This document shows, piece by piece, positions 13,191 to 27,840 of a stretch of 64,000 nt of DNA; the stretch's first letter is position 1, and every line of letters begins with the position of its first letter. The notes under the pieces were generated by a model. It was given only the letters and a program-made list of their open reading frames with translations, did no database searches and was not told the origin of the DNA. Made by a program: the position numbers and the translations under genes. This DNA comes from the human T2T-CHM13v2.0 reference genome, Homo sapiens: NCBI RefSeq assembly GCF_009914755.1, contig NC_060942.1, one strand, 5' to 3'.

Positions 13191-13877
13191 ACTGTCCTTA
13201 GCTTTTATGGCACATCTTAGCTCAGGCCTCAGTTTTCCCGATATTCTAACCCTAAAAAGGCTCATGCTTTTCATTTTAGTCATCCTTACATGCCTCTCTG
13301 TCAATCAATTTTACATATAAATAATATTCCTGGGTAAAATTAAAGTGTATGAAATCTTCCATTTCTATCAATTTAACACAAAATACATAAAAAACATGTG
13401 CTAGAAAATATTCAGAACATTCTCATTAAAATCTTACCAACTGTCATAACACATCAGCTGAGATCAAATTATCCAATTTTTAAATTATGAAATATTTTAA
13501 ATGTTCAAAAAGGTATAGTTAAGTAATACAACATTCATGTACCCACTACCCAGCTACATATAAAATCCTAACATTTTTTACTTGTTACATATCTGTTAAA
13601 GAAACAGAATATCATAGACATTGTTGAAGCTCCCTCTATAACCCTCCCCACTCCTATTTCCCTCCCTCCCTCTACTATGGTAACCACTACCATGTATTTC
13701 ACGGTTAGGATTTTTATACACATTTTATATTACTACATATGTAAACATCTATAAATAATATATGGATGTACTTTGCACTGTTTCAAACTCTACACATTAT
13801 GTGCTATTCTGCAATTTGCTATTTTCATACAACACTATGTTTGAAATTTACCCATCTTAATACATGTTGCTCTAGTT

Positions 13878-14384
13878 CAGGGATTGGCAAATCTTTTAAG
13901 GACCAGCCAGAAACTATTTTAGGCTTTATGGACTATATATCTCTGTCACAACTATTTATCTCTGCTGTTACAGAGCAAAAGCAGTCAGAGACAATCTAAA
14001 TGAATGAGGGTGGCTGTGTTCCAATAAAAATTATTATTCTTATTTATTGTTTTCTGAGATAGGATCTGACTCTGTCAGCCAGGCTGGAATGCAGGAGCAT
14101 GAATATGGCTCACTGCAGCCTTGACCTCCTGAGCTCAAGTGATTCTCCTGCCTCAGCCTCCCCTGTAGCTGGGACTACAGGCATATGCCACCACACTCAG
14201 CTCATTTTAAAATTTTTTTGTAGAGATGGGGGTATCACTTTGTTGCTCAGGCTGGTCTCAAACTCCTGGTTTCAAGCAATCCTCCCGTCTTGGCCTCCCA
14301 AAGTGCTGGGATTACAGCCACTGCACCTGGCCCAATAAAAATTATCTACAAAAATAGATGATAGGCCAGATTTGCCAACCCCTG
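13878..14384 (+). mobile_element. MER58A hAT MITE split by an AluJ
   Basis: TIRs cagggattggcaaa / tttgccaacccctg. Confidence 0.8.
14036..14332 (-). mobile_element. AluJ inside MER58A
   Basis: Dimer; TSD caataaaaattat. Confidence 0.9.
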
Positions 14385-15246
14385 CTATAATTAATCCATT
14401 TTCAGTGCTTTATAGAACTGTCACGTAAAATTATCTTATCACCCAGTCTTCTGCTTGTGAACATTGACACTGTTTCTAAACTTTCATTTACAAATACATC
14501 ATTTACAAACAATGGTACAGTGAATCTTCTTAGAGATTTCCTTGTGTATGTGGGTCCTGTGTAGGGGGCCATATTTAGGAACAAATTTTAACTTCACTAG
14601 TTTTTACAAAAGTATTCTGCAAAGTGGTTGATTCAATTTATATTTCAACAGTGTATAAAAGTTCTCATTTTCCCACATCTCTGCCAATACTAGTATTGTT
14701 AGGCTTTTCAATTTTGGCCAGTTTGCTAAGTGTATGGTTATCTCATATTTTATCTGCACTAGAGATGCTTAGCAACTTTTATAAGCTCATTCACTATTCA
14801 GTTTTCTACATCTTTAAATTACTTTTTCTTATCATCTTTTCAGTTTTCCATTTGGTTGTCTTTTATCAATGGAATATTTTGAATACTAATTTTTCCCGGT
14901 TATGTAGGTGACAAATAATCTTCTCCCAGTCTGTGCCTTGTCTTTTTACTTTGCCTACGGTATCTTTTGCTATTCAAGACTTTTACATCTTAATATTAAA
15001 TCTTAAATACTAAATTGATATTTTTCCCTCACAATTTGTGCTTTTTGTAGCTCAAGAAATCTCTCCCTACTCCAAATTTACATATTTCATGTTTTCTTCT
15101 AAATGTTTAAAAGTCTTGCTTTTCTCATTCATACTTTCAATTAACCTGGAATTGATTAACCTAGAATTGACTGTACTGAGGTATAGACTGAATTTTAATT
15201 TTTCCATATGGATAATGAATTGTCCAAGCAACATTTATTAAGAATA

Positions 15247-15549
15247 GGCCAGGCCTGGTGGCTCACACCTGTAATCCCAGCACTTTGGGAGGCTGAGGCG
15301 GGCAGATCACCTGAGGTTGGGAGTTTGAGACCAGCCTGACCAATATGGAGAAACCTTGTCTCTATTAAAAATATAAAATTACCCGGGCATGGTGGCGCAT
15401 GCCTGTAATCCCAGTTACTCGGGAGGCTGAGGCAAGAGAATCACTTGAACCCAGGAGGTGGAGGCTGCGATGAGCCAAGATCGCGCCACTGCACTCGCCT
15501 GGGCAACAAGAGTGAAACTCTGTCTCAAAATAAACAAATAAATAAATAA
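15247..15549 (+). mobile_element. AluSp-like
   Basis: Dimer with ATGGAGAAACC and (AAAT)n tail. Confidence 0.92.
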
Positions 15550-16485
15550 TTCATCCTTTCCTCACTAGTTTATAATGCAATCTTCTTTTGTATATTAACC
15601 TTTTCTACAATTTGGACTTTCTATTGTTTTAGTTTTCTTCTTCTGTATATTAGTACTAATAATTACCTGCCCTAATTACTATTGCTGTATAGGTCTTAAT
15701 ATCTGACACAGCAAGTGTTCCCGCTTTCTTCATGGTTTTCTTACTCTTGGCTCTTTGCTTTTCCATAGAAATAGTAAGACTAACTTTTTGAGTTCCCATG
15801 AAAAAACCCATTTGGTCTTTATAATAAAACAATTTATATTCCTTTGGGTATAACTCAAATTAAAAAACCCATTTGGATACTGATTCAAAATATACTGAAT
15901 CAATAAATCTGGGGAGAAGGGGCACTGGGTCTGTATCTATAAATGTAGAAACACTGCTCCATTTTTGTAATGTTTCTCTATGAAGATTACGCCTAGGTAT
16001 TGGAGAGCTTTCACTGCTATTCTGAATAACATGTTGTAATTGATTACTGGTTTATAAGAACACTATTGATGTTTCTCTTGCAATCTTGCTGAAGTTTCAT
16101 TAGTTCTAACAGTTTCTTGGTTCTCTTGGACTTTTCTCTGTAGACAATTATATTGTCTTCAAATGGGGATAGTTTACTCTTTTCTTTCCAATACTTATAA
16201 CTCTTACTCCTTTTTTGTTTTTTTCTCTTATTGAAATGGTTAGATCCTCCAGTACGGTGTTGAACAGAAATATGGTTAGTGTCCATCCATGTCTTCTTTT
16301 TGGATTTAATGGGAATACTTTCTAAAGTTTCATAATTGTGTATGATGTTTGCAATAGGGTTTTTAAAATCAGTCCTTTATCAACTCAGAGAACATTCCTT
16401 TCTACTTTTTGTATTGAATATTAGATTTTATTGAATTTTCTTGGCTTCTGAGATGATCATACAGATCTTAAAAATCTTTAATCTG

Positions 16486-16623
16486 TTTTTTTTTTGTTTT
16501 GTTTTTTCAGACACGGTCTTGCTGTGTTGCCCAGGCTGGTCTTGAACTCCTGGGCTCAAGCAATCCTCCGGCCTTGGCCTCCCAAAGTGCTGGGATTACA
16601 GGCGTAAGCCAATACGCCCAGCC
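16486..16623 (-). mobile_element. Alu left monomer (FLAM-like)
   Basis: Single arm with T-tail. Confidence 0.82.
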
Positions 16624-18273
16624 AATCGGTTGTTAATCTGGCATTATATTCATCTTTCTGATGAACCATACTTACATTCCTAGGATAAACTGTATGTCTC
16701 TATTTTTAAAAAAATTACTTAATTTGTGAGTTTGTAAGACATTTTTTATTTCTATAAATAGAAAACATTCTATTTATATGTGAGATGAATATACATACAC
16801 ATTTTTCCTTGTTCTGTCCTTATTGGGATTTTAAGTTATAATCTTACATAATGAACTGGGGGGCTTCTCTTTTTCTAACTTCTGAAAATTTTCATTTATG
16901 GTAGAAATTATTTATTCTTTGAAGTGTTGATAAGATATGCCTTAAAAACCTCTGGGCCTGATGTCATTCAAAAAGTGTCATTCTGGCTGGTATTTCCTTA
17001 ATGGTTGTTCATTTATTTGGTTTTCTATTTTTTTTTTTTTTTGAGAGTCTATTTCGGTCATTAAAATTTTCTAAACAATTCCCATTTTATTAGGCTTCAA
17101 AATTTATTCGTAGTTGTTCATAATATCCTCTTAATCATTTGAAATATCTCTATGTCAATTTTTACTGTTAATATTGTTTGCTGGTATCTTTTCATTTTCC
17201 TTGCACAAGCTCTGGATTTCTTTTTATAACATTTTCTTTTCAAAGAAACACTTTCAGTTTTGCTGATATGTTTTAGTTTGTTTTATTTCACTAAGTTGTG
17301 CTATTATTACTTCCATTTTCTTGAGCTTTATTTTGTACTTTTTCTAACTTCTTGAGTTGAACGCTCAATTTGTCACTCTTTCTTGACATTTTTTCCATTA
17401 ATGCATATGAAGCTTTAACTGTCCCTTTGCATCTCCCTTTATTTGCAACCCACACTTCTGACATGTAATTCTTCCTATAATTACAATTTTGATATACATT
17501 TATTACAAATTTGGAATTTCCATTATGAGTTCTTCTTTAACTCCTGGGAAATGCATTTTTATGTTTTCATATATTTGCCTTTTTTTAAGCTATCCTTTTT
17601 GCAGCTCTAATTTTAGAATTCTAATTTGATTACAGAGAAATGTGGCCAGAGAATGTGTTCTTCGTGTATAATCTTTGAAATTTGCTGAGAATTTCTTTGT
17701 GACCTAGTACATGGTCAAATTTTGTGAATGTTCCACGTATACACAAAAAGAAATATGTTGCTTCTATTTGTTCTATACTACACCAAGCTTATTACTGTCA
17801 TTGTTCAAATCTTCCATATACTTAACTAATCTTTAGTCAACCTGATCCATCAGAAGCAGTTAAAAATACATACTGTAATTGTGGGCCAACTTTTCATAAT
17901 TTTGTAAGTTTTTGCTTAATATATTTTGAGGGTATATTGTTAAATACATATAAGTTCATGACACCTTGGTGGTTCATTCCTTTATTATGTAGTGTTTCTT
18001 GTCCTATTTATACTTTTTCCCTTAAATTCTATTTTATTTGTTATTTATGTAGCTTTCTTTTTGTTGGTATTAGCCTGGTATGTCTCTTTCCATCCTAATA
18101 TTTCAATCATGAGTTTTGTTTTAGGTATATATCCCTTGTGGATACAAACTGCTCCATCTTCAATTTATTAAATTTTGTGTTCTTTTATTTTCCATGTAAG
18201 TTTTAAGCTTCTTAGGTCTGCTTTTTTCCTTCTTACTGAAAATCATGGAATTACAGAACTCAGCTTTGCATAA

Positions 18274-18602
<329 letters not shown>

Positions 18603-19070
18603 GAAAGAATAAGATTCTAAGATGCAAACCTCATTAAAAGGAAACTGGTGCACCCGGAAGACAAATGTACCAATGGCAATTTGGTACATGGGACGCTCAG
18701 AGCATCTGTGTAAATGTGATTTTATGTTTTGCTCTTGAGCCCCAGTGAGGTACAGTACACAAAAGGATCGCTTCTATTAACCTTGAGTTAGTTCAGAATG
18801 TTTTCACTCCTTCAAAGTGCTCTTGTATGACCTCTAGTTGGCCTAATAATTTAATAATTTTCCTGTGACTGTTAGGCTTTTTTTTTTCTTTTATGTGAAA
18901 ACCCATATGAATTGTGTGTCAGGGAGTAGGCAAGAGGGTAGTCTTTCTGTAGCATGACTGCAGGAGTTGCATATTTCTCAAAAAAGTATTAAGTCTCTGA
19001 AAAGAACACAGCTCTACAGTTTCTACTGTATATAAGTCTGATCAGACTGTGTGGCTTGAGAGATTTCTAG

Positions 19071-19488
<418 letters not shown>

Positions 19489-19787
19489 TAAGAAATCAAG
19501 CCTAAACACCAAATGTTTTGAATATACCCATTTTCTCCCCAGATTAGGAAAAAAAAAATACAGGTTCCACAGTTAGTATGTTTACAAATATTTCGCTTTA
19601 AACGTTAAACAATTTAAACTTTTAATTTTCACAAATGTGTTAGATATTAAATTAGGGTCTAGAGGACTAAACTGTACAATAGTTTTCTACCTGGAATAGT
19701 ACCTTCCATATAACTTACTCAATTGAAATAGAAAACATTTGGTTTCTGAGAAAAAGAATGTGTAAACAATTGTATAAAAACAACTAA

Positions 19788-20105
<318 letters not shown>

Positions 20106-20344
20106 TCTACTTTCTAATAATTCTTTTCAAACTGTCTTTCAAAAAAAAGTTCTTAAAAAAATGAAAAATCTAATTTTAGCTTAAAGGTCTCTCAGTGTCC
20201 CTGCTGAGTTATAAGATAAAAGGAGATGCCCACTGAAGGCAGGAGCTATCAAGTCTCAATCCTTTTATTTAGTAAAAAGGTAACCTGAAGATACAGTCTC
20301 AAATTAAAAAGTTTTAAGCAACTTTCTGTACTAATAATGTGTTG

Positions 20345-20690
20345 CTTACCTACAGGGATACATTCTAAGAAAGGTGTCATTAGGCAATTTCCCCATTGTG
20401 TGAATATCATAGAGTGTACTTAACAATAGTATTGCCTACTACACAACTAGGCTATATGGTACAGCCTATGGCTCCTGGGCTACGAACCTGTAGAGCATGT
20501 TACTGCACTGAATACTGTAAGCAACTGTAACACAATGGTTAAGGATTTGTGTATCTAAACATAGAAAAGGCAAAGTAAAAACACAGTATTATATAATCTA
20601 TAATCTTACAGAACCACTGTTGTACATGGGGTCCACTGTTGACCAGTTATGTGGTTGTTATGTGGTGCCATTATGGGGTGCATGACTGTA
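20345..20690 (-). mobile_element. Tigger3a/MER7A-type TcMar MITE
   Basis: Terminal tgcatgactgta; internal ctaggctatatggtacagcctatggctcctgggctac. Confidence 0.8.
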
Positions 20691-21170
20691 CTGTGAAGTA
20701 GACTTAGAAGGCTACAGTATTCCTCAATAAAATAAATATCAAAAATTTAAATTTCATTTTCCTTAATACTCATAGTCAATGTAAAACAAACTCTTTAATG
20801 TTTTACATTAGTACTGTTTGAAAGTTTTCAGTTTAAAAGATGACTTTATGACTTTTCTTTGATTAAACCACAAGGTAGAAAAAAGATACAAATATAGAAT
20901 TTTAATAAACATAAGACTTTTCTACCTTTAAAAGGCTAAAATGAAACTTTCTAATTAACATTGGTTATTTTGTTGTTACCTCTATTATTAACTCAGGATT
21001 ATTTACACATAAACATGGGTGAACAACTAAATCAAGCTGTGATTAAACAGCCAGTGTTTATATATTGGTTTTCATAAATCTCAGACAATACTGAAAATTA
21101 TATGAATTTACAGAATATTCTTACGCTATCCGGTAAAGTTTTAATATTCTATAGGATTACAGAGTATTGA

Positions 21171-21545
<375 letters not shown>

Positions 21546-22580
21546 TGATTCATATGTTTTTAAACCTATGTATCTCTGACTATACCTTAACATGTTTGTT
21601 CTTCATAACACTCAGGATGAAATAAATCAGTTAATGTTTACATATTAAACATGATAGAATTGTTTTAAAAACCAAAGTTTTAAATAATACTGTTATTAAA
21701 CACTGATCTATTAAAACATGCATATCAAAGTATACTGAAAACTAATAAACACTTGTATATAATAGAGGAGGGAGCCCAATTAACACAGAGAAAAAATTTT
21801 TTTTTCCTCTGGGTATGAAGTCCATTTATAACCAGGTAATAATTTTTTGCCCTCTACAGAGTCTGTCCAGGAGTCCAAAATTATTGTCCTCATCAGAGAA
21901 CATTTTCTTTTCAAAGGTCTATTAACATTTAAAATATGACTTTGTTATGCTTTTGTGTAATCATGACTATACACTGTTGTAAAAATAATGAGAGTTCTCA
22001 TTTCTAGAGGATCTAAAATTTGTAATGGTCTTTCTGTTATAGTCAGTATTAATTTCTATTACTTTGGCTAATAAGAAGGTTGGGTGACTTCTTATTCTAT
22101 CTCTGCTCTTTATCTTATCAAATAACTAGTCTCCTCTGCTAAGCCTTTCAGACTTTGCCTCTCTTCAAGATTAGGCTCCAAATTCAGAGCCTACTTTGGC
22201 AGTACATCTTCTGCACCCTGTCTTTGGTCTTTCCTAGAGGGCTGCTACTTGGTAGCATCAATCACTTTACTTTCTTATCTTGCTTGTATAACCATGGCTT
22301 GACTCACACACAGAGGTTATTCTAAAAATAACAATGGCAGAGTATGCTCTAAGTTTTGTAATATGCTCAATGATATTTAAAGAACTGTTCTATCTGTCAG
22401 GACCAGAGTTCAAAAATGTCAAAACAGAGGGTAGTTCATGCTTTCCGCCCTGAAGACCATTACAAGTCAATTTTACAATCATATGAAAAGGTTTTGGCTA
22501 TAGTATTTACCTTTACAGGACGAGTGAAAGCACACCCATATGCTAAGACTGACATGACTGTCAGCAAAAGACTTCTAAAG

Positions 22581-23060
22581 CAGGGATCCCCAACCTTTTT
22601 GGCACCAGGGACTGGTTTCATGGAAGACAATTTTTCCACAGACCAGGGGTTATGGGGTAGAGGGAATGGTTTTGGGATGATTCAAGTGCATTACATTTAT
22701 TGTGTACTTCATTTCTATTATTAATATATTGTAATATATAATGAAATACATATACAACTCACCATAATGTAGAATCAGTGGAAGCCCTGAGCTTGTTTAC
22801 CTGCAACTAGAAGGTCCCATCTGGGGTTGGTGGGAGACAGTGACAGATCATCAGGCATTAGATTCTCATAAGGAGCACACAACCTAGATCCCTCATGATC
22901 AGTTTACAATAGGGTTCATGTTCCTATGAGAATCTAATGCTGCTGCTGATCTGATAGGAGACGGAGCTCAGGTGGTAATATGAGTGATGGAGAGCAGCTG
23001 TAAATACAGATGAAGCTTCGCTTGCTTGCCCACTGCTCACCTCCTGCTGTGCAACCCTGT
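22581..23060 (+). mobile_element. MER1A hAT-Charlie MITE
   Basis: Starts cagggatccccaacctttttggcaccaggg; contains gcattagattctcataaggagc. Confidence 0.85.
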
Positions 23061-24135
23061 TCCAGAGCTATCTAAAAGCCTCCCATGCCGAGAACAACTA
23101 ATGAGATAAAAAAAAAAATTGTAGCATAGTGGTTAGCCTGCCCACTTGTTAACAGGAGGGTCTTGCTTCTGCCTTCATTTGCTCCTAGCTAGGCTATAGT
23201 ATATCTTATAAGAGACCCACCTTAGCCGTTACTACATAAAGATTCAACCTCTCAAATGGACATAAAAAGTACAAAACATTTAAGGCAGAATGACTATATG
23301 GATAGTTTCTTACTGCCAGGAACTTTTTTTTAAAAAATGACCAAAAGTCCTAACTAGAGGCCTCTTCACACAATGCAGAGACCAAGCAAAATTGTGAATT
23401 TTCTTTTCTCCATGAAAATGAATGGCCTAATGACCACACTAGGGTCAACAGTACATAACTGTGGGTAACCTCACCCTGGTAACTGCTAGCCACTGAGTAT
23501 TCCATCTGATCATTTTGGTCATTGAGTCTCAGATGGAAAGTGAGAAGTGTATTATTCTGAAGGACTGGGTAACCCTAAAGCCTATATCTAATTAGTGTTA
23601 TTATACTCTTTTCTGTGAGAACTTAAAAGATCCAAAAATATATTCCTTTAACCATCATGGTAATACTCATGGTACTTAAACATTTTGAAATGTTGTTCTG
23701 CTTTTACATGCTACATAGTACAGAGGGAGGAATCCCTACAATACCAGTGCCTTTTATTTGGTATAAGTTGAACAATTAGAGGTAAAATCCTCCCTTAACA
23801 TTTCTGAGTATGATCCTGGACTAACCTTAAAGAACAGATACTTTTCCACTGCATTAGAAAATAAGCAACCCAGGTGTATCAGCACTACATTTAGCAAGTA
23901 GTAACCCTGGATTATTTTGCTCTGCTAAAAAGGGAACTATACTGTTGGGCACTAGTATTCAGAATCACACTCCAGGTAGTACAAAAATGTGGCACTTTGT
24001 TTCTAGGGGAAACTTCTTTCTTTAAGAAGGAAGACACAATAATTTACAAAGACACCCATTTTATTTGTAGAACCTCTACCTACCTGTAGTTGCCACATGA
24101 CTGGCCTATCTCCAACTATAAAGTTTATATCATCT

Positions 24136-24395
24136 GGCTGGGCGTGGTGGCTCACGCCTGTAATCCCTGCACTTTGGAAGGCTGAGGCAGGCAGATCACC
24201 TGAGGCTGCGAGTTCGAGACCAGCCTGGCCAACATGGCAAAAAACCTGTCTCTATTAAAAATACAAAAATTGGCCAGGCGTGGTGTTGGGCGCCTGTAAT
24301 CCCAGCTACTTGGGAGGCTGAGGCACGAGAATCGCTTGAACCCAGGAGGTGGAAGTTACAGTGGGCCAAAAAAAAAGTGTCTCAAAAAAAAAAAA
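24136..24395 (+). mobile_element. AluS with right-arm deletion
   Basis: TSD aaagttt(a/g)tatcatc. Confidence 0.92.
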
Positions 24396-25282
24396 AAAGT
24401 TTGTATCATCCTTGCCAAGCATTGTTTCCGGACTATCCCTAAGGAAAAGTCTGACCAGATTCATGTAACAAAACACAATGCTTCTGGATAATATTCCCAT
24501 TGGATGGGGTCACGGCTCTATTACAGAGATGAAAGATCTAACCTTGTAATGACAAGCACTTTTCTAAACCTGCTCACCAGTGAAATGATAGGCTAAAGAG
24601 TTATGCTCCAAATAATCATAGCTTTAGATTTCACTTTAGCTAGCTCTTACTGGCAAGGAATATGGCACCCATATCCCTGAAAAATCCAGACCTTTCTCAT
24701 GACTTACCAAATCTATATCAAAAGTTGAAAGTAACATCAGGCCCAAAACTGGCATATATTTAGGTGTGAAGGCCTTTTTGGGAATCCTAGTATCAAAACA
24801 CCATGTAAGGTACAGAGATGCTGGAAGGCTTCTTTCAGTGCAGCAGTAAAGCTTATAAAATGTTGCATATTTTCCATGATACACGTAATGCATTACAAAT
24901 ATTTTCACTTGTATATTAAGTAGTAAAAACTAAAAATACACCAAAAAATATGAAGAATGTACAAAGAGGACTGTAAATTTAAGACAAAGTTGTTGCTTAA
25001 GGGGCAACAAAGGGAAATGAAGATGCAAAACATTACATGCCTCACATTCTCTTTGGTACAATTTTGTGCCTTTTTCTTACTCCTATGGTAAGTTTTAAGC
25101 TTCTCAAAGCTGTTTTTACCTTCCTCGTGATGTGATATTAATTAATGAAATTTCAGTGCTTAATCCTGAAAGTTCATGTTCTAACTGCTGGTGAAAGCAA
25201 GTTCACAAAGAATCAGAAAAGGAGAGATACTATTAGAAAGCCAAGTGTGACAAAGTGAATGGAGAATGATATAAAAGCATCA

Positions 25283-25502
<220 letters not shown>

Positions 25503-25699
25503 CAATTAAGACATCCAGAGTTTTGAAATAGCTGTCATGTCCTGAGAAATGTGGACCTGTAACTCTTAAAAATACACAACTCTTACTGGTTGTTTTATTT
25601 TGTAACTTTTTTGCCCTGATAATATTAAACTGACACCTCTGCATTCTAAAAGTAGGTAACCTTGGGAAGGTTCTTTGTTAAGCAAGAAGAGCTTTGGGA

Positions 25700-27840
25700 T
25701 TTTCTTACACATGAAGTAGAATAAAACTTTTGAATTCTTTAGTTAACCAAAAGGTTTCTATATTTGTTTCATTTAAATTAACAAATATAGCTGGAGTTTT
25801 AAAAATCCAATCTGATAAAGTCTTATTAGGTATATTAAATCAGTCTATACTTGTTATTACTGACCTATTTCTCTCCTCCTTTCTCTTCCTTTTTTCTGCC
25901 ATTCGCTGGATTTATAAAGTGGTCTAGATTCCTCCCTGCCTCCCTTTGATCTCTGTTCTTTGAGAGCAACAAGTTGGTTTTCTTTTGGTGGTTACCCTTT
26001 TAATATACATGAAAAGGAATATTCAGTATTCCTTTCCTACTCCTGAAGATTACAAGGACTGCCATAATTTTAAATTACTCACTAAACATCTCTGCTTTCC
26101 CCTTCCATATTATTACTGTCATCTAGTTAAGTTCCACGTTAATAAAATTTTTTAATTAAAAAAATTTTAAATCATTCATGACTTTTTTGTGTTTATAGTC
26201 AATAGTAAATTTACTGTCATATTTTTCAATTTTTGTGCTCACCGTTGCCTTCTGTATCCCACTCCATTCTTATGGGTTCAATTTCCTTCCTCCTGAAGAA
26301 CATCCTTGAGTAGTTTTTTTCAAAATGAGGGTCACTGAGTGGTAAGTTATCCTGGTCTTTAAATAAAAATGTCTTTCTTTCATCGACAGTCTTGAGTATA
26401 TTTAACTCGGTATAAAATTCTAGATTGAATGTCATTTTTCTTTCAGCACTTTAATATTTCTCTACTGTCTTCTGGTATTAATGGTTGATATGTTAGAAAT
26501 CTGCTAACAGTCAAACTGCTGTGCCTTCCCAGTATATTTGTCTTTCTTATCCCTTAGTGGCTTTTAGGTTTTCTCTGAATGCCCACAGTTATGGCATGAT
26601 GTAATGAAGAGTAGATTTATCTTTCTTTATCCTGCTTGGCAGTTGTGACACACTTTTAAGCTGAGGATTTGAGATTTCCTTCAATTCTTTGCAATCCAGT
26701 TTCTCTACCATTCCCTCCATTTTCTTCTTTGGAAATCCTACTAGACAGATGTTGGAAATTCCCAATCTATTCACCATGGCTTTTAACTGCTCTTCCACTT
26801 AAAAAAAAAAAATCTGTCTGTGCTGCTTGCTGGATGAAGTTCTCATCACCTTCTTCAGTTCACTAGTTCTTTGTTCATCTATGTCCAGTGTATAGTTTAA
26901 TTCTGTGTGCTGAGTTTTGGTTTCAATTATTGTATTTTTCATTCCCAAGACTCCCGATTAGTTGTATCGACTGTCCTACTTCATTTCAGCCTGCTTTTGT
27001 TTCATGATTTCTTGTTCCTTTTCAATGGATGTTATCTCATCGATTATCTTTTTGAGTATCCAAAACATACATAAAGTCTTGGTCAGGCTATATATTTCAT
27101 CTGGAATAAATATATATATATATCCCAATAGTTGATTTTGCTGGTGATCCTTCTTAGCATTAGATTTATGGATTTTGGAATTTTAATTTATCAGAGTTTT
27201 GAACAGGAGCCTTTTCTTTTGGGATGTTTGTTTACTTCCTTTCCCCTCCCTCTCTGTGTACATCCTTCCCTGTCTAGCAGTTTTGCATCTGCTTCTACCA
27301 GGGCCCCTGAGTCCAAAAGTCTAGAAGAAGTCTTATGATGACTTCTTGGAGCAGCTGTTTCATAAGTATACTGAGCATATCACATATCTGGTCACTGAGC
27401 AAGCAGATGGACACAAAGCTGTCTTTGTTATCCCTAGGCTCACAACTTCCTATAAAACCATAGCCCTTGGCAGAAGACTGGCAATATTTTTTCTTAGTTT
27501 CTTCCCAAAACTGGATAAAAGTTCCACCCTAGTCCTTGGCTTCAAGAAGTGAATCTGGCTCTGGCCCCTTGTCCCACATGGTGCACATTTAGTCTCTGTT
27601 ACTTGTAGCCAAATTCCTGGACACCACCACCTGCCTTGGATAGAGAGTCCAGCAGGCCCAGGCTGCAGTTTTGCTCACTACTTGGCATTTCTGGTCCATG
27701 AAGATATTTATCTTGTTTCTGGAAGCCCAGCCTTGTCTCTTTTGTTTTCTCGTTTATATTTTACCCGTCATTGCTATGTGTTTGGAGCAAAGGGAGTGAG
27801 TCGAAACATAAACTCAATGTGCCATCTTGACTAGAAACTT
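25700..27840 (-). mobile_element. Old L1 ORF1/5' region
   Basis: ORFs 26226..26435 and 26589..26798 resemble L1 ORF1p (SNICLVGFPK, PSRIKKDKSTLHYI). Confidence 0.65.

Larger units (their letters stand above)
13480..18140 (-). mobile_element. Old L1 (3' UTR to ORF2) carrying nested MER58A and Alus
   Basis: Antisense L1 ORF2 remnants; ORF 16044..16286 (LSPFEDNIIVYREK...LLELM) resembles the L1 RT motif LSLFADDMIVY. Confidence 0.75.

Noticed and set aside
23500-23538. 10-bp stem hairpin ttccatctga / tcagatggaa
   Set aside because: Too short for a pre-miRNA and no snoRNA boxes; compatible with chance.
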